From Nemertoderma westbladi (lineage: Eukaryota > Animalia > Xenacoelomorpha): a stretch of DNA of 47,521 nucleotides. The stretch spans positions 1 to 47,521 of the forward strand of contig JAUCBJ010008479.1 in NCBI GenBank assembly GCA_032718475.1. Direction: 5' to 3'. The position numbers were made by a program, and so were the translations under genes. Numbering within the stretch: the first letter of the stretch is position 1; every line of letters starts with the position of its first letter. Shown one piece after another: positions 36,201 through 47,521 of this stretch. Below the pieces are notes generated by a model. That model was given only the letters and a program-made list of their open reading frames with translations. It made no database searches and was not told where the DNA came from.

Positions 36201-39200
36201 GAAGGTAGATTGTTGCAAACAACATGCAAATCTATTTTAGGACGGGCGGGATTTAAAATTAGACGGTGGACCACAAATAGTTGTGAGTTACAAAGAATGT
36301 TTAATGCAGTTGAAGAAAGGGCAAGCAACTGTGATAATCGCACAGCAGAAAGTATAATTGAGGAAGATCAATCATTTGCAAAAACGAATCTCAGCTTATC
36401 ACCACCTCAAACGAATATTGTAAGACGCGTGCTTGGTCAATGTTGGGATTTGTCAACAGATACAATTGGCTATGACGTTTTGCCAGTATATAACTTCATT
36501 GCAACTCTCCCTTTAACAAAAAAAAGTCATTCTTCAACTTTCAGCAAGGTTGTACGACCCTCTTGGTTTACTTTCACCATTTACGGCTCAATTTAAGGTC
36601 ATGTTTCAAGAACTTTGTAAGACTAAAGTAAGTTTAGAGTGGAATAGCCCATTACCAGATCATATGGTTAAGGTATTCAAGAAATGGTTAGAAGATATAC
36701 CTCATATAAATAATATAACTGTGCCACGATATCTATTTGACACTACAAGAGAGATTGCTACGTTTGAAATACACGGATTCTCAGACGCTAGCAAATATAT
36801 TTATGCAGGTGTGGCATATATTCGCACAACTTACACAGATAACACATCAAGTGTGAAACTATTAGCATCGAAAGCAAAGGTTAACCCAGTACCAAAAAGG
36901 GGAAACTCTTTGGGTACACCTCGACTCGAACTCTTAGGAGCACTCATTATGATAAGATTAGTTACATTTGTCAAACAAGGTCTAAAATTACCATGCAAAG
37001 TTTATTTGTGGTCAGATGCAGTAGATGTAATTTACTGGATAAAAGCGACTAGTTCAAACTGCAAACAGTGGGTTCAATCCAGGGTTACGGAGATACGTTC
37101 ATTAACTCAACAATTGAAAGGCCAGTGGCGGTTTTGTCCAGGAATACAAAATCCGGCCGACTTACCCACAAGAGGGATGACAGTAGAACAACTCATAAAG
37201 GCAACTACTTGGTACAATGGCCCAAAGTTCTTAAGCGCAGAAGAGGAAACTTGGCCGAACAAATTAGTTATAGATCCAATAGAGGTATCACAAGATTGTC
37301 TAAAGGAATTCAAATCATCCATTGTGGGGCGAGCCACGAAGTTGGCGGAGCCTTAGCGAATTGACACTGTTAGGGGGTGGGTCAATTTATGCAAATAGTT
37401 GTCGTTGTCGTCGTCGTCGTCGTCGTCGTCGTTACGATTTTGACATGCTAATAACTTTGTCGGATTTAAAGCTGCCAAGTTGAAAATTTGTAGGTATCAA
37501 TATGAGCAAAAGTTGAGATTTTTGAGAGACTTTCAGACACCATCAGTGCAATGGTCTCCCGCTAGAGGGCCACATGTCTAAACATCAATTCTTTGCTTTT
37601 AATCCGTTTAAGCTGAAACTTGGCAGATATGTATTAGACCATTAGCTGTGACTTTCAAAGGAGGCGAATCCATCTGCAGTTCTCCAGTCTGCCGCTAGAG
37701 GGCCAACGTGACTATTTGCATAAATTGACCTACCCCCTAACAGTGTCAATTCGCTAAGGCTCTGCCAACTTCGTGCTGCGCGAAGTCCCCACTTCGTGTA
37801 GCTGTTACGACCATTAAATCACCCGATGAAGTTATTAGCAATTGTTTCCCATACTCCAATTATAGCAATCATACTGTAATTATACGAAAGCTTGCGTGGG
37901 TGCTCAGGTTTGTGAGCAACATTCGAGCAAGCATACACAATCATCCGCTTTCCCTAAGTGTAGTTCCTTCGGCAGAAGAAATGACTCAAGCGGAAATTAC
38001 ACTACTTCGAATGATACAATTAGAATATTATAAACCAGAATTAGAATACTTGCAACAACCGAAACGTGGTCGATGTCCAAACATTATTAAGCAATTAAAC
38101 TTATTTATTGACCACCAAGGTGTATTACGCTCCAAAGGTAGAGTACAGACCCCATACTTAACATGGCAGGCTCAAAATCCAATACTACTCCCACCGAAAG
38201 ATCATTTCACTAAGCTAGTAATTTTAAATGCTCATCATAAAGTTATGCATTCACGTGTAAGAGACACGCTGGTACAAATACGGGAAAGATATTGGATCCC
38301 CCGAGCGCGTCAAGTCATTAAGAATGTTTTACGAAACTGTGTAACCTGTAAAAGAATACAAGGCAGACCTTATACAAAACAGGAAACAAGTCCTTTGCCC
38401 ATTGAACGCATGACTATCGACATAAGTCCCTTTACTAATGTCGGGATAGATTTTGCAGGACCAGTGATGGCAGTTAGATCTCTTTCTGATCCGATTGGTT
38501 CAACATTTAAGGTTTATATATGTCTGTTCACTTGTGCTGTAGTAAGAGCAGTGCACTTGGAACTCGTGACCAGCTTAAGTGTTGCAGCATTTATCAGTGC
38601 ATTCCCGCGATTTATAGCAAGACGTGGAGTTCCAGCATTAATTTTTAGTGACAATGCTTCTACATTCAAACGATCAGCAGCAGATATCAAACTCTATAAC
38701 GAATTTCTTGACAGTGACATAGTACGCAAGGAGTTTGGAGAACTCTTAACAAAATGGGTATTTAATGTAGAACGCTACCCGGCGGCATTTGGCTTTATAG
38801 AGCGTTTGGTCGGTGTGACCAAAGGAGTTCTTCGCAAGACGTTAGGGAGAGCAGTTTTAACTGAAGAGGAAATTCGTACTGTACTTACATCATGTGAGGC
38901 AGTTGTTAATAGCAGACCACTAACCTTTATTTATAGCGACAGCAAAGAAAATTACCAGATATTGACACCCAGCCATTTCTTGGTAGGAAAAAGACTTTGT
39001 GCACTTCCATCCCCTACCGTAAAATCAATTAATCTAGATTTGTCTCGAACGAATCTTATAAATCGACTTAAATATCAAGAAAGAGCGTCCAATTTATATT
39101 GGAAATTATTTCGTGAAGAATACGTCGCAGAACTTCGGCAACACCATCGTTCCAAAAATCACAATAACAGAAACACAATCATCCCTAAGGTTGGAGATAT

Positions 39201-39546
39201 GTGTTTACTTCTTGATGAAAAACTTCCAAGATGTCTCTGGAAGTTGTGTATGGTTAACAAGTTGATAGTAAGTCGTGATGGAGTTATTCGCGCAATAACA
39301 GTAAATGTTGCTGAAAGAGGTCGGGAAGCAAGACTTCTTACTCGTTCCATACGTCATGTTATTCCATTGGAAATAACAGCGGACAAACCAACTGACACGA
39401 CTATTAAACCAGATAAAGATAATCTCAAGCCAGTTCCAGTAGACAATAAGATAACAAACGATGAGACAGCGATCATAACTGACAATTCTCGTCTTTCACG
39501 CTTGGCTAAGAGAAAAATGAAACCAGGATTTTACAATACAAAATAA
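33267..39546 (+). pseudogene. gag-pol: Single gag-pol ORF of element 2, broken by one extra A (36518-36525) and a 471-bp insertion
   Basis: PKFNGNP..F, KFQHLIQSLEG, three knuckles, ILFDPGA, KLRVVFNAS, ADIEQAF, HVDD, HGFSDAS, PRLELL, NPADLPTRG, GIDFAGP, SDNASTF, FIERLV. Confidence 0.92.
37324..37792. mobile_element. Helentron-associated (HINE/DINE-1-like) MITE inserted in pol
   Basis: GTGGGG...CCCCAC ends flanked by TT; ~63-bp subterminal inverted repeats; (GTC)n microsatellite; duplicated CCGCTAGAGGGCCA core. Removing 37324-37794 restores the pol frame. Confidence 0.8.
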
Positions 39547-39825
39547 TTACATACAGTATTGAACAAACTCGAGTTGGATTATGTAACTTTATTATATATT
39601 TAGTGAATATTTGTGTGTTCTACTTAGTATTTTACAAGTAAGATTATTGTTTATATAGCGGAAACGTATGTAAGTTTATGTAGTACTGTAAATGAAAATT
39701 ACTTTCAATTTACAATTATGTACTGTATAATTTATTTATTGTGTTGAGGAATAAATCATATCAGTACAGTAGTGTTATGTAATTATTTTATTGATTTAGA
39801 TTTTGCATGATATGCAAGGGAGGAG

Positions 39826-40100
39826 TGTCGTGCAATATATTATTTTATCCACTTAGGAGATCATACCTCACACTTACATTAATTGATTTACTGTGCAAAC
39901 AATATGATACAAGTTACAGTACCACTTTATGTGCCAACATGTGTTCGACTCATACTATAATTAATTTGATATATGAAGTATTGAGGTGACGGGATTTGGG
40001 TAGATTAATTAACATTTATATTATCAAGAATATAGTAAAGTTTTACATTAAAAGATTATTTTCCATTACAACCAAGTAATTGGTTGATACATGTACGACA
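39826..40100 (+). repeat. 3' LTR of element 2
   Basis: Direct repeat of 32892-33166. Confidence 0.97.
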
Positions 40101-40487
40101 ATGTGTATGATTCATAAGTAATAATAATTAATCGATTAACAATAATGATAAACTAATGATATGCAAGCGGGATCAATGACAAGACACAAATACAGATCCA
40201 AACGGACACGGTAGAAAATGCGATGTAATTAATTATAATTGTTATCAACAGTCATAACCAATAACTAATTGATTAACACTTAATTTGTCCAAAAAGAAGC
40301 CAGTCAGGGCGGTATCAAAAAAAAGAAAATATACAGTCCAGCTCACCAACAGAGTGCCATCGGATCCGATCGGATCCAACACACTCCGACAGCTTCAGAC
40401 AAGCACAATGCTAACCTACGGAGATTTAGTACTGTTTGATTCTGTTGGAGAAAATATTTCCAACAAGTTTAGTCTGTTGGAGCCCAT

Positions 40488-40625
40488 CTGAATCTGTCTG
40501 AAATCCGTCTGAAAGTGTTTGAAATTTCTGTTGGATGTTGTTGGAAGCTATCTGAAGTTGTTTGAAGTTGTCTGAAGCTGTTTGAAATTGTCTGAAACTG
40601 TTTGAAGTTGTCTGAAGATGTTTGA
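40488..40625 (+). repeat. 10-bp tandem repeat (GT(T/C)TGAAGTT)
   Basis: Directly visible, with alternating TTT/TCT variants. Confidence 0.8.
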
Positions 40626-41559
40626 CGCCATCGGAATTTGTTGGAATTTGCCAATGCCTTACAAAAGCGTAGTTCATTAACAAAATGTCAATCACTTTAA
40701 CTCTCAATTTGAAGTGATTGTGAGGGTGTGCTATTGTCAATTATAAACCGAAACAAAGATTTGCTTCATTTAACAATTTTTATTTACATAATTATGTCGT
40801 TATATCAATTAATTAACTAGAATGCATAAACGAATAATAAATTCCTATAATATAAATTCCGATAAATGAATATAATAACACCAACACGTTTTTAATTCCT
40901 TAATTTAATTAGAAATGTAAATAATGCTATAAATATATTAGTTTCTTTGACATAGGGCACTAAATACTGCACATAAACAGATATAAACTCAAACAGGTTA
41001 AACAAACAGTAAATATAATTACAATGAGTGAAAAAAATATTTTTGGTTAATTTTATTAGTTGTATTGAAAGAGCATCGAAATAGAACAGGTTTGCACGTA
41101 ATACTTCTAGCCCAACTATTTTTTCGCGCACCTACCCTATTTGAGTAAATTACATTCACACACTCAAAAGTTATTGCAACTTTAGTCTCTGCAAGGCGAA
41201 CTTCGAAACGGAACTCCATATCTAATATTGGTTTGTAGTTAAGCGGTTCCCTAGTTACGAAATAAATATTCGAGAACAATAAATTATTTAACATTGAGTA
41301 AGGCAGCACTTAAGCAGAATTTAGGAACAAACAAGTACCTATTTAAGAATAAAATTACGTATACATGGGAAAACTTATTTTGAATGTTATCACTACCCTT
41401 TAGTAATGATGGGTCGAAAGTCCCCCCTAGCCCTTCACAATCACAAGGGAGGGTGGACGTAGGGACGGGGCCCTACGTTAGATAGAGAATTGGGAATGTA
41501 AAGGCCCTTGTTTTCACGTCACTACCATGCCATATTATGATGTAATGTATATCCGCCAT

Positions 41560-41870
41560 CTCTGAACTTAAATTAAAGGAAGAACAGGAGTCTTACACCC
41601 CCAATAAAAAATATAGAATCAGGACATTTAGCCCAAAATATTTCTCGACCCCTAGAGGGTCATCGAAGAACAACAAACACAAAACAAATATAAATACATG
41701 CTAAACATACAGGTATGTGTCGCAACCCTAACCCTAAGCCTACCCGCCAGAAAAACGAAATTTGAAGAGGAACGGAACTTTGGGAGAAACGAAATTGCGA
41801 CAACTATGGAGAATCGGGAAGCCTGGAAGGATCTCATTTCCACTGTCCGAGTTCGCTCGACTTAGTAGTA
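41560..41870 (+). mobile_element. Short RTE-like LINE 3' end (different family)
   Basis: EIATTMENREAWKDLISTVRVRST* then a (TAG)n tail; 13-bp TSD GTATATCCGCCAT (41547-41559 / 41871-41883). Confidence 0.75.
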
Positions 41871-42130
41871 GTATATCCGCCATTGACGTACTATTGTTAT
41901 GTAAAAGGTAGACCTAATCACACCAGATACTAATTAAAATAATGTCTTAATAACTAATTATATTCATTCATACAATAAGCAATACAATAAGCAATGTAGC
42001 CAATTAAGGCTGTGATTGACAAATTAACCGCACAATTAATTAATTGACAAAACAAAAATCAAACTAGTAGAGATCATATCCAAACCTGTATAAATACGCA
42101 ACGATATAACTAACACATGTACGTACACTA

Positions 42131-43355
42131 TGTTCGCGCTTTTGAAGACCTTTAGCAGTTTAACCTGCCAAAATTTATATGTCTTTTAGTTAATTAAAAC
42201 ACCTTTAGCATACGACAATATTTTATGCTAATAAACAAAACATTACCCGAAGTCAGCCCATGCGCGATCATTCACCCGATGGATCTACACCCGGGAGGCT
42301 GAATTCGGCTGCTTAAATTTTATTATTGCAGTGTAAGGTTGCAGTGTAAACTTACTGTATTATTCGATTGATCGTTAATAATTAATTTCTGACAGATATT
42401 ATTGGCTTTCGGGAAATATTAACAGTTCCTTTAGGACGTGGCGCTCTATCTATTTAAACAGAACTAGGACTTATACTACACGCAACGATACTGCTTATGA
42501 TTAAAGTATAAAGCGCATTCATTAGGAAATGCTTTGTTGCCAATCACAATCATGCACACTATTCTGCCGACCGTCAGTAAATTTGATCACACATAAAGAG
42601 AGCAGCAATTGACTCATGTAGGGTCTGCTAAATAACATTAGATTCAATACACACCACATTAATATAAATCGCAATTGCTATATATAGCCTGTCTCTCTAA
42701 CCTGTAGTGTATCAAGAAAATTGGGAAATTTGGGTGATTTATCAGTATTCTCCAAAGAGCAATATTTCCATCAACAAATAGATACAATTAATTAAATTAA
42801 ATTAAATTAAATTAAATTAAACTGACGGTAAATAACAGTACAAACAATATGATTAATAGTGAGTTAATTAGATCAGATAAGATTGATTGCTTAGTTAGGT
42901 AACAGTTTATACTTTCGATAATTTAAGCAGTTTTACTAGAGTTCTTCCCAAAAAGCCGGTGTTATGGCGAAAAATGGGAACACAACAACAGAATCATATA
43001 AAATCATATGACTACCAACTATACGAGGATACCAACTACCCTTATTCCCCGAAGCTCCCGTTCAACACAGAGGATGAGCAGTGAGATAGGAAAATTCAGT
43101 TCAGTAGCTCTGGGATAGGTCGAAATCAACGCCCACTCAAATTCTATTGGCCGATACGGACAGCAAGGCTAAGGCAACCTCTCTAAGCTAGTTGGCCGAT
43201 TAAACTGAGCCCAGATACCTCCGTACAGCACATCAGCCAATAAGCTGGTAGCTTGCACTATTTTAGTTATAAATCCCTTTGAGAGTATTCTAGCGACTGG
43301 GGGGGAACTGGCCAGCAAAGGCAAACGTATCAGTTATCCCACAAAAGCTTTTACA
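42131..43355 (-). repeat. 3' LTR of element 3 (1225 bp)
   Basis: TGTAAAAGCTTTTG...AAAAGCGCGAACA on the minus strand; 3' half alignable to element 1 LTRs, 5' third divergent; (TTAAA)n at ~42787-42821. Confidence 0.9.
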
Positions 43356-43433
43356 CCGCTCCCAGAAAATGGGATTTAAGTCTATAAAATATACAAAATC
43401 ACAGTTTCTAAAATATAAAAATACTCTAAACAG

Positions 43434-46400
43434 TTAGTCTTTCTTGCGCGGACGGCGTTTACGCAGTTTTTTAAAGCTAGCAAGAGTCCTTTTCTCTTTG
43501 GGGCGAGCCACTTTACGAGGAGGGCTATAACTCCTGGGTGAAGGGTGCAATATGATTGCATCAGAAGGTATGGGATTACGATCGGTATATCCGCCGGTCG
43601 AAGTACCGGGTTGATTGACATCAACGTCCGGGGAGAGGGGTCTAACGGCTTTGAGAGCTCGTTTCAAGACAGCCGCTCTTACGGGTCCTGTACGAGTGGT
43701 CTGCACGAGGGCCGTGGGTGGACCATAGGTAGTTAGAAACTTCCTTGGTTTAATGGTTCTTTCCAACTCGCGTTCGCGGGCTCGATACTCGTAAGGCCGT
43801 CGATATACTTCCTGTAACTCGGGGTGTGAGTTGACAAATAAGTCTCCATAGGCAGGGTCTTGACGGATAAAGTTTATTAAGTTGTAAGAATGGATGTCAC
43901 TCGGATTAATGCTCCTGAGGAATTTGCATACATATTTAGTTGAAATACATTCTCCAACGCGCTTTAATAGTTCATAACTTGATAGGCGTGATTTTTGCTC
44001 GACGGATGCAAACAAATAAGGATGGAACGCATAAACTCCTTCGTAAGCGCGTCCAGGGTAATAGCGATGGCGTGAATCACAATGTAAATCAGCGTTCGCT
44101 TCCCAAGCTCTGATATAACGTAGTACAATCATTTCATCTACGCTCTCTAAATCATGATTAAAGGGACAATCAAAGCTGGCGTGTCCTTTTAATTGACAAT
44201 GATGGCATTGAGTCATAAATTGGGGGCAGACAGCAAAAATGTGCAAATTATTAAGCCGACAATATGCACAATAGATTTCCATCGACGGTTGTTCGTGGAA
44301 ATAGGAACAGAGATCGTTGGTGTCCATAGACGTAATATGGTCTCTCGATGCGCACAGCCGACAACGTTGTCGAGAAACATAATTGGCGTGGCGATAATCA
44401 TACGCAGTAAGACACTGTGGACCTTGATACCATTCCAATATATAGTCGCTATCGCTACTCCGAGACGTGGGGGGCTGAATCTCTTCAGATTCTAAACATA
44501 TGGGTTCGTCTTCCCCTTGTATAGTTGAGGTAGGCATGGCCGTCTCCTCAAGTGGACCTATCGTCTGAATTTCTACGACAGAATAACCTGTGGGGATCCG
44601 AGGTCTTTGGATAACCGAGGAGTGCAGGTTTATTATACAAATGTCTTTGAAAATAGCGAATCCAGCGCTATCTAACTTCTCCGCAGCCGAGTCTCTTAAG
44701 CTGAGCTTGGTCAAAGCGCGGTCTTTGAATTGGCTATCCACGTTGCGAAACGGGGTTAAAAACCGTCGGAAACATTCAAAGCGGATGAATTTATTATGTT
44801 CATCTAGCTTAGCGAGTTTGGTCCCAAGGATTAATGGATGGGCGCGTATAGTACGACTGCACACATCGGCTAGCCAACCGGAAAGTGCGGTGTTTTCGAA
44901 GATCGTGTAGATAGCTAAGGAGGGACGGAGTGGAACACTCATGAAGCTATACACGGCGCCAGGTGCGGTCAACGGTCCGTCAAAGTATAATCGAGAATAA
45001 TGGTCTCCGTATACTTGTTGATAGTTGATGGGATTTCCGACCTTGAAATTCCACCCGTATTCCTGAAAGGCAAGATGTCCGATGGAAGTTCGTTGCACCT
45101 TTGTAATGTTGCTAGACGCATTAGCATACATGGTGCGAAAGAAACCTCGGCCTTCGGCCCAAGGAGCTATCAGCTGAGTATCCACGAAAGGATAGGGGAT
45201 ATTCTCCATATTCCGAAAGTCGTTTTGGAGATCTCCGTAAACAGCTGAGCCGATTTTAATGATTCTTTCGTTGAATAACATCTCGAGAACGGGCTGGGGT
45301 AACATCGATCCATCGATACCCATGGCCGGTTTGCGTTCGGTGTCAATGACGTAACGCTGCGCGAGTTCGAATTGTCCATGTCGGAGATTCTTTTGCGTTT
45401 CGGTGAGAGTTTCAAAGGAATAATCGATCACGTCGGAACACGCTCGCGTAAACACGTGAGTGGAACCAGCTAATCCGCGTATGTGTATCATGCGCGTAGT
45501 TCCTAATTCTCCGATTGGAACGCTACCTTCGTTATCGTAAGTAACAACGCCATACATCTCAATGATATTAAGAGTTTCATTCCACTCTTTGGTGGCGTTC
45601 TCGAGGGTCATCCCTACCGGATGCCACAAGGTGGCGCATTGATTAGCGTCAGGGAGATCACTATACTTCATGTATCGAGTGGTATACGTCTCCACATTTC
45701 CATATCTTTGTATTTTCTCCTCCTCGAATAATACGTCTAGATTCCAATGGACTAATCGAGTTTTAATAAATCCATCGAGATTATAAGGAGGTTCTGTATC
45801 CTTCTCTATTCGAGAAACGTTATATGGTTTTCGAAATGAGTTTACCTTTACTAACTGATCCAGATGTTTTTGCAATTGTTCGAGTTCGACAATGTCCAGA
45901 GGATTTATTAGTGGTAGAAACTTTAAATTATGCGTCGGATCTTCTGGTTTTACCATATAATATTGAGTCAGATTAACGTAATAAGGGTGGTCTTTAATTC
46001 CATAAAAAGAGTTCTGTAAAGGTCTAGCGCGTAGGTTGACATCGTGTACCATACGACGGACAAGATCCGCTCGATTGTCCGGAGGTTCAACGAGTATACC
46101 GTCAACTCGAGCGGCCTCGATTGGCGGACGCTGTAACATAGGAGCGTCAGCGATAAGATTTTGCGATCTTATGCTGATATCAACCGGTTGGGGTTGTATC
46201 TTTGCGAAAAGTTTGTCGCCGAAATGAGGAACCATCGAGGGATGACGGACGGTTTTAGAGTAGAGATCGGTTATGAGTATCTGAGCTTCGGGTTGGGCTA
46301 AAGCGGCTTCTTCTCTCTCATCCATTTCCGTATGTTTCTCCTCTAGTTGATTTTCCTCCGCTTGTTTCTGTAAGCGTTCTTCTAGAAACTCCTGTAGAGA

Positions 46401-47521
46401 ATACGTACGTCCAAGCTCGATGTCCTCTTCGAGGTTTTGGATTTCTCTATCAAACTGCGGCAAGGCTAACTCTTTAACCGATTGGACCTGCTGCTGTAAT
46501 TTACGTTTCTCTAGAAAATCCTGGGTTCCCTTTCCAATTTTCTGTCGGATGGCGTCTAGAGCGTTTCTGATGACACTCTCCTCGACTTCCGTGGCAGGTT
46601 GTATCGGAGTTAATCCTGGCCGATTGTAAGGATTAAATGGCGATGTTAGATGCCCGCGTCCCAATCCGGTTAAATAGGATGGTCGAATATCTAACGAACC
46701 TACCGCTGGAACCCCACCGATTAACTGCTCGGGTAACACCAAATCTTTGAACAGTGAGTATAACTCGGGAGGATCAGTGATACTGTTAGGATCAAGAGTT
46801 TGAGGTCTCACGGGGAAATGGGGAGGCCTGACCGAGTATTCCGGAACTCTGATCATGGGTTTATTTAGCGATCGTTTTAGACGGGCGATCGTAGGTGATA
46901 CGTCGAACAGGTTTCGCTCGAAACTCCCGTAAGTATAACGCGTAAAACTGTGTTTAGCACAACGTCTCCGCGGATGTTTATGTCTTTCCGTTTGCTGGTT
47001 AGGTCTAGGACATGAGTCACAATAATACCAAAGACGTACGTCCTGCAGAGGAAACGCGGGTGATCGTTCTCCAGTTTTGCAATACTCTTCCATTTGTTCA
47101 AAGCTGTCCGGGACAACAGGCAGTGGACGATCTGCGGTAAGATACATCATGGTGAAATAGAGTCGTTTGAGTTCTACCATGGGATCGTGATGTATACCTT
47201 GAGGATATCGAGTCTCTAGGTTCTGTTGACTGGCAATATTGAGATAGGTTTCTCTCAAAAATTCCAAGTAGTCGTTGAAGTTGATGCGCTTATCGGGTTC
47301 TTCAACGTTTTCTCTGTCGAGTAGGTTGCGAATAGAGTTCTCGTGTTCTATTCTCGGTTTATCATTACGATTCCGCTGGGCATGATATTTAAATAAAACC
47401 ATTTCCCTTTCGGTGTCTACATCATCAGTATCATGTAAATCGGTAGGATGGCCGGTAGTTAAGAAGTCCATATACGTACCATTACGATTCGTATAGCGAG
47501 CGGTGAATTTTCTATAGTCCA
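43434..47521 (-). CDS. Retrotransposon extra ORF (>1360 aa): DEDDy-like 3'-5' exonuclease, three CCHC zinc knuckles, basic C-terminus
   Basis: Uninterrupted frame, open past the window edge. ExoI VTYDNEG, ExoII LPQPVLEMLFNERIIKIGSAVYGDL, FVDTQ, ExoIII PLRPSLAIYTIFE. Knuckles CRLCASRDH..C, CAYCRLNNLHIFAVC, CHHCQLKGHASFDC; KKLRKRRPRKK. Confidence 0.8.
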   Translation of the reverse strand, partial: DYRKFTARYTNRNGTYMDFLTTGHPTDLHDTDDVDTEREMVLFKYHAQRNRNDKPRIEHENSIRNLLDRENVEEPDKRINFNDYLEFLRETYLNIASQQNLETRYPQGIHHDPMVELKRLYFTMMYLTADRPLPVVPDSFEQMEEYCKTGERSPAFPLQDVRLWYYCDSCPRPNQQTERHKHPRRRCAKHSFTRYTYGSFERNLFDVSPTIARLKRSLNKPMIRVPEYSVRPPHFPVRPQTLDPNSITDPPELYSLFKDLVLPEQLIGGVPAVGSLDIRPSYLTGLGRGHLTSPFNPYNRPGLTPIQPATEVEESVIRNALDAIRQKIGKGTQDFLEKRKLQQQVQSVKELALPQFDREIQNLEEDIELGRTYSLQEFLEERLQKQAEENQLEEKHTEMDEREEAALAQPEAQILITDLYSKTVRHPSMVPHFGDKLFAKIQPQPVDISIRSQNLIADAPMLQRPPIEAARVDGILVEPPDNRADLVRRMVHDVNLRARPLQNSFYGIKDHPYYVNLTQYYMVKPEDPTHNLKFLPLINPLDIVELEQLQKHLDQLVKVNSFRKPYNVSRIEKDTEPPYNLDGFIKTRLVHWNLDVLFEEEKIQRYGNVETYTTRYMKYSDLPDANQCATLWHPVGMTLENATKEWNETLNIIEMYGVVTYDNEGSVPIGELGTTRMIHIRGLAGSTHVFTRACSDVIDYSFETLTETQKNLRHGQFELAQRYVIDTERKPAMGIDGSMLPQPVLEMLFNERIIKIGSAVYGDLQNDFRNMENIPYPFVDTQLIAPWAEGRGFFRTMYANASSNITKVQRTSIGHLAFQEYGWNFKVGNPINYQQVYGDHYSRLYFDGPLTAPGAVYSFMSVPLRPSLAIYTIFENTALSGWLADVCSRTIRAHPLILGTKLAKLDEHNKFIRFECFRRFLTPFRNVDSQFKDRALTKLSLRDSAAEKLDSAGFAIFKDICIINLHSSVIQRPRIPTGYSVVEIQTIGPLEETAMPTSTIQGEDEPICLESEEIQPPTSRSSDSDYILEWYQGPQCLTAYDYRHANYVSRQRCRLCASRDHITSMDTNDLCSYFHEQPSMEIYCAYCRLNNLHIFAVCPQFMTQCHHCQLKGHASFDCPFNHDLESVDEMIVLRYIRAWEANADLHCDSRHRYYPGRAYEGVYAFHPYLFASVEQKSRLSSYELLKRVGECISTKYVCKFLRSINPSDIHSYNLINFIRQDPAYGDLFVNSHPELQEVYRRPYEYRARERELERTIKPRKFLTTYGPPTALVQTTRTGPVRAAVLKRALKAVRPLSPDVDVNQPGTSTGGYTDRNPIPSDAIILHPSPRSYSPPRKVARPKEKRTLASFKKLRKRRPRKKD

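Larger units (their letters stand above)
32892..40100 (+). mobile_element. Young full-length Bel/Pao LTR retrotransposon (element 2)
   Basis: 275-bp LTRs differing at one position seen (TTTGCG/TTTGGG); TSD ATGTG (32887-32891 / 40101-40105); PBS; PPT AAGGGAGGAG at 39816-39825. Confidence 0.97.
42131..47521 (-). mobile_element. 3' portion of an LTR retrotransposon related to element 1 (element 3); continues beyond the window
   Basis: Same LTR termini, PPT and ORF3 as element 1. Bel/Pao assignment is by homology to element 1 only. Confidence 0.9.

Noticed and set aside
37324-37801. MITE removable as a GT-AG intron
   Set aside because: GT(37324) to AG(37801) removes 478 nt and shifts the frame; only the 471-bp removal restores it.
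40285-41309. Short ORFs in the AT-rich and repeat region
   Set aside because: Low complexity, non-ATG starts, no recognisable motifs.
43434-47521. env gene
   Set aside because: No TM anchor or glycoprotein features; the N-terminus seen in element 1 has no signal peptide; nuclease, knuckle and NLS motifs are present instead.

Overview
AT-rich animal (invertebrate-like) nuclear DNA, almost entirely transposable elements around one host C2H2 zinc-finger gene (26990-27998 + 30064-30725, spliced in frame). There are three Bel/Pao-type LTR retrotransposons. (1) A 15.7-kb decayed copy (1438-17151, 1.17-kb LTRs, TSD ATGTT). (2) A young 7.2-kb copy (32892-40100, 275-bp LTRs, TSD ATGTG, tRNA-Lys-like PBS) interrupted by a Helentron/HINE-like MITE. 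(3) The 3' end of a relative of element 1 on the minus strand (42131-47521). The element 1/3 family is the most unusual system here. After pol it carries a >1360-aa extra ORF with a DEDDy (WRN/RNase D-like) 3'-5' exonuclease and three CCHC knuckles, intact in element 3 and internally deleted in element 1. It also has no tRNA primer site: the sequence abutting the 5' LTR is the reverse complement of a motif inside its own LTR, which suggests self-priming. 18293-26394 is a four-level nest of DNA transposons (P-like > hAT5-like > MULE-like > TA MITE) with resolvable TSDs. All alignments were made by eye; no database searches were run.
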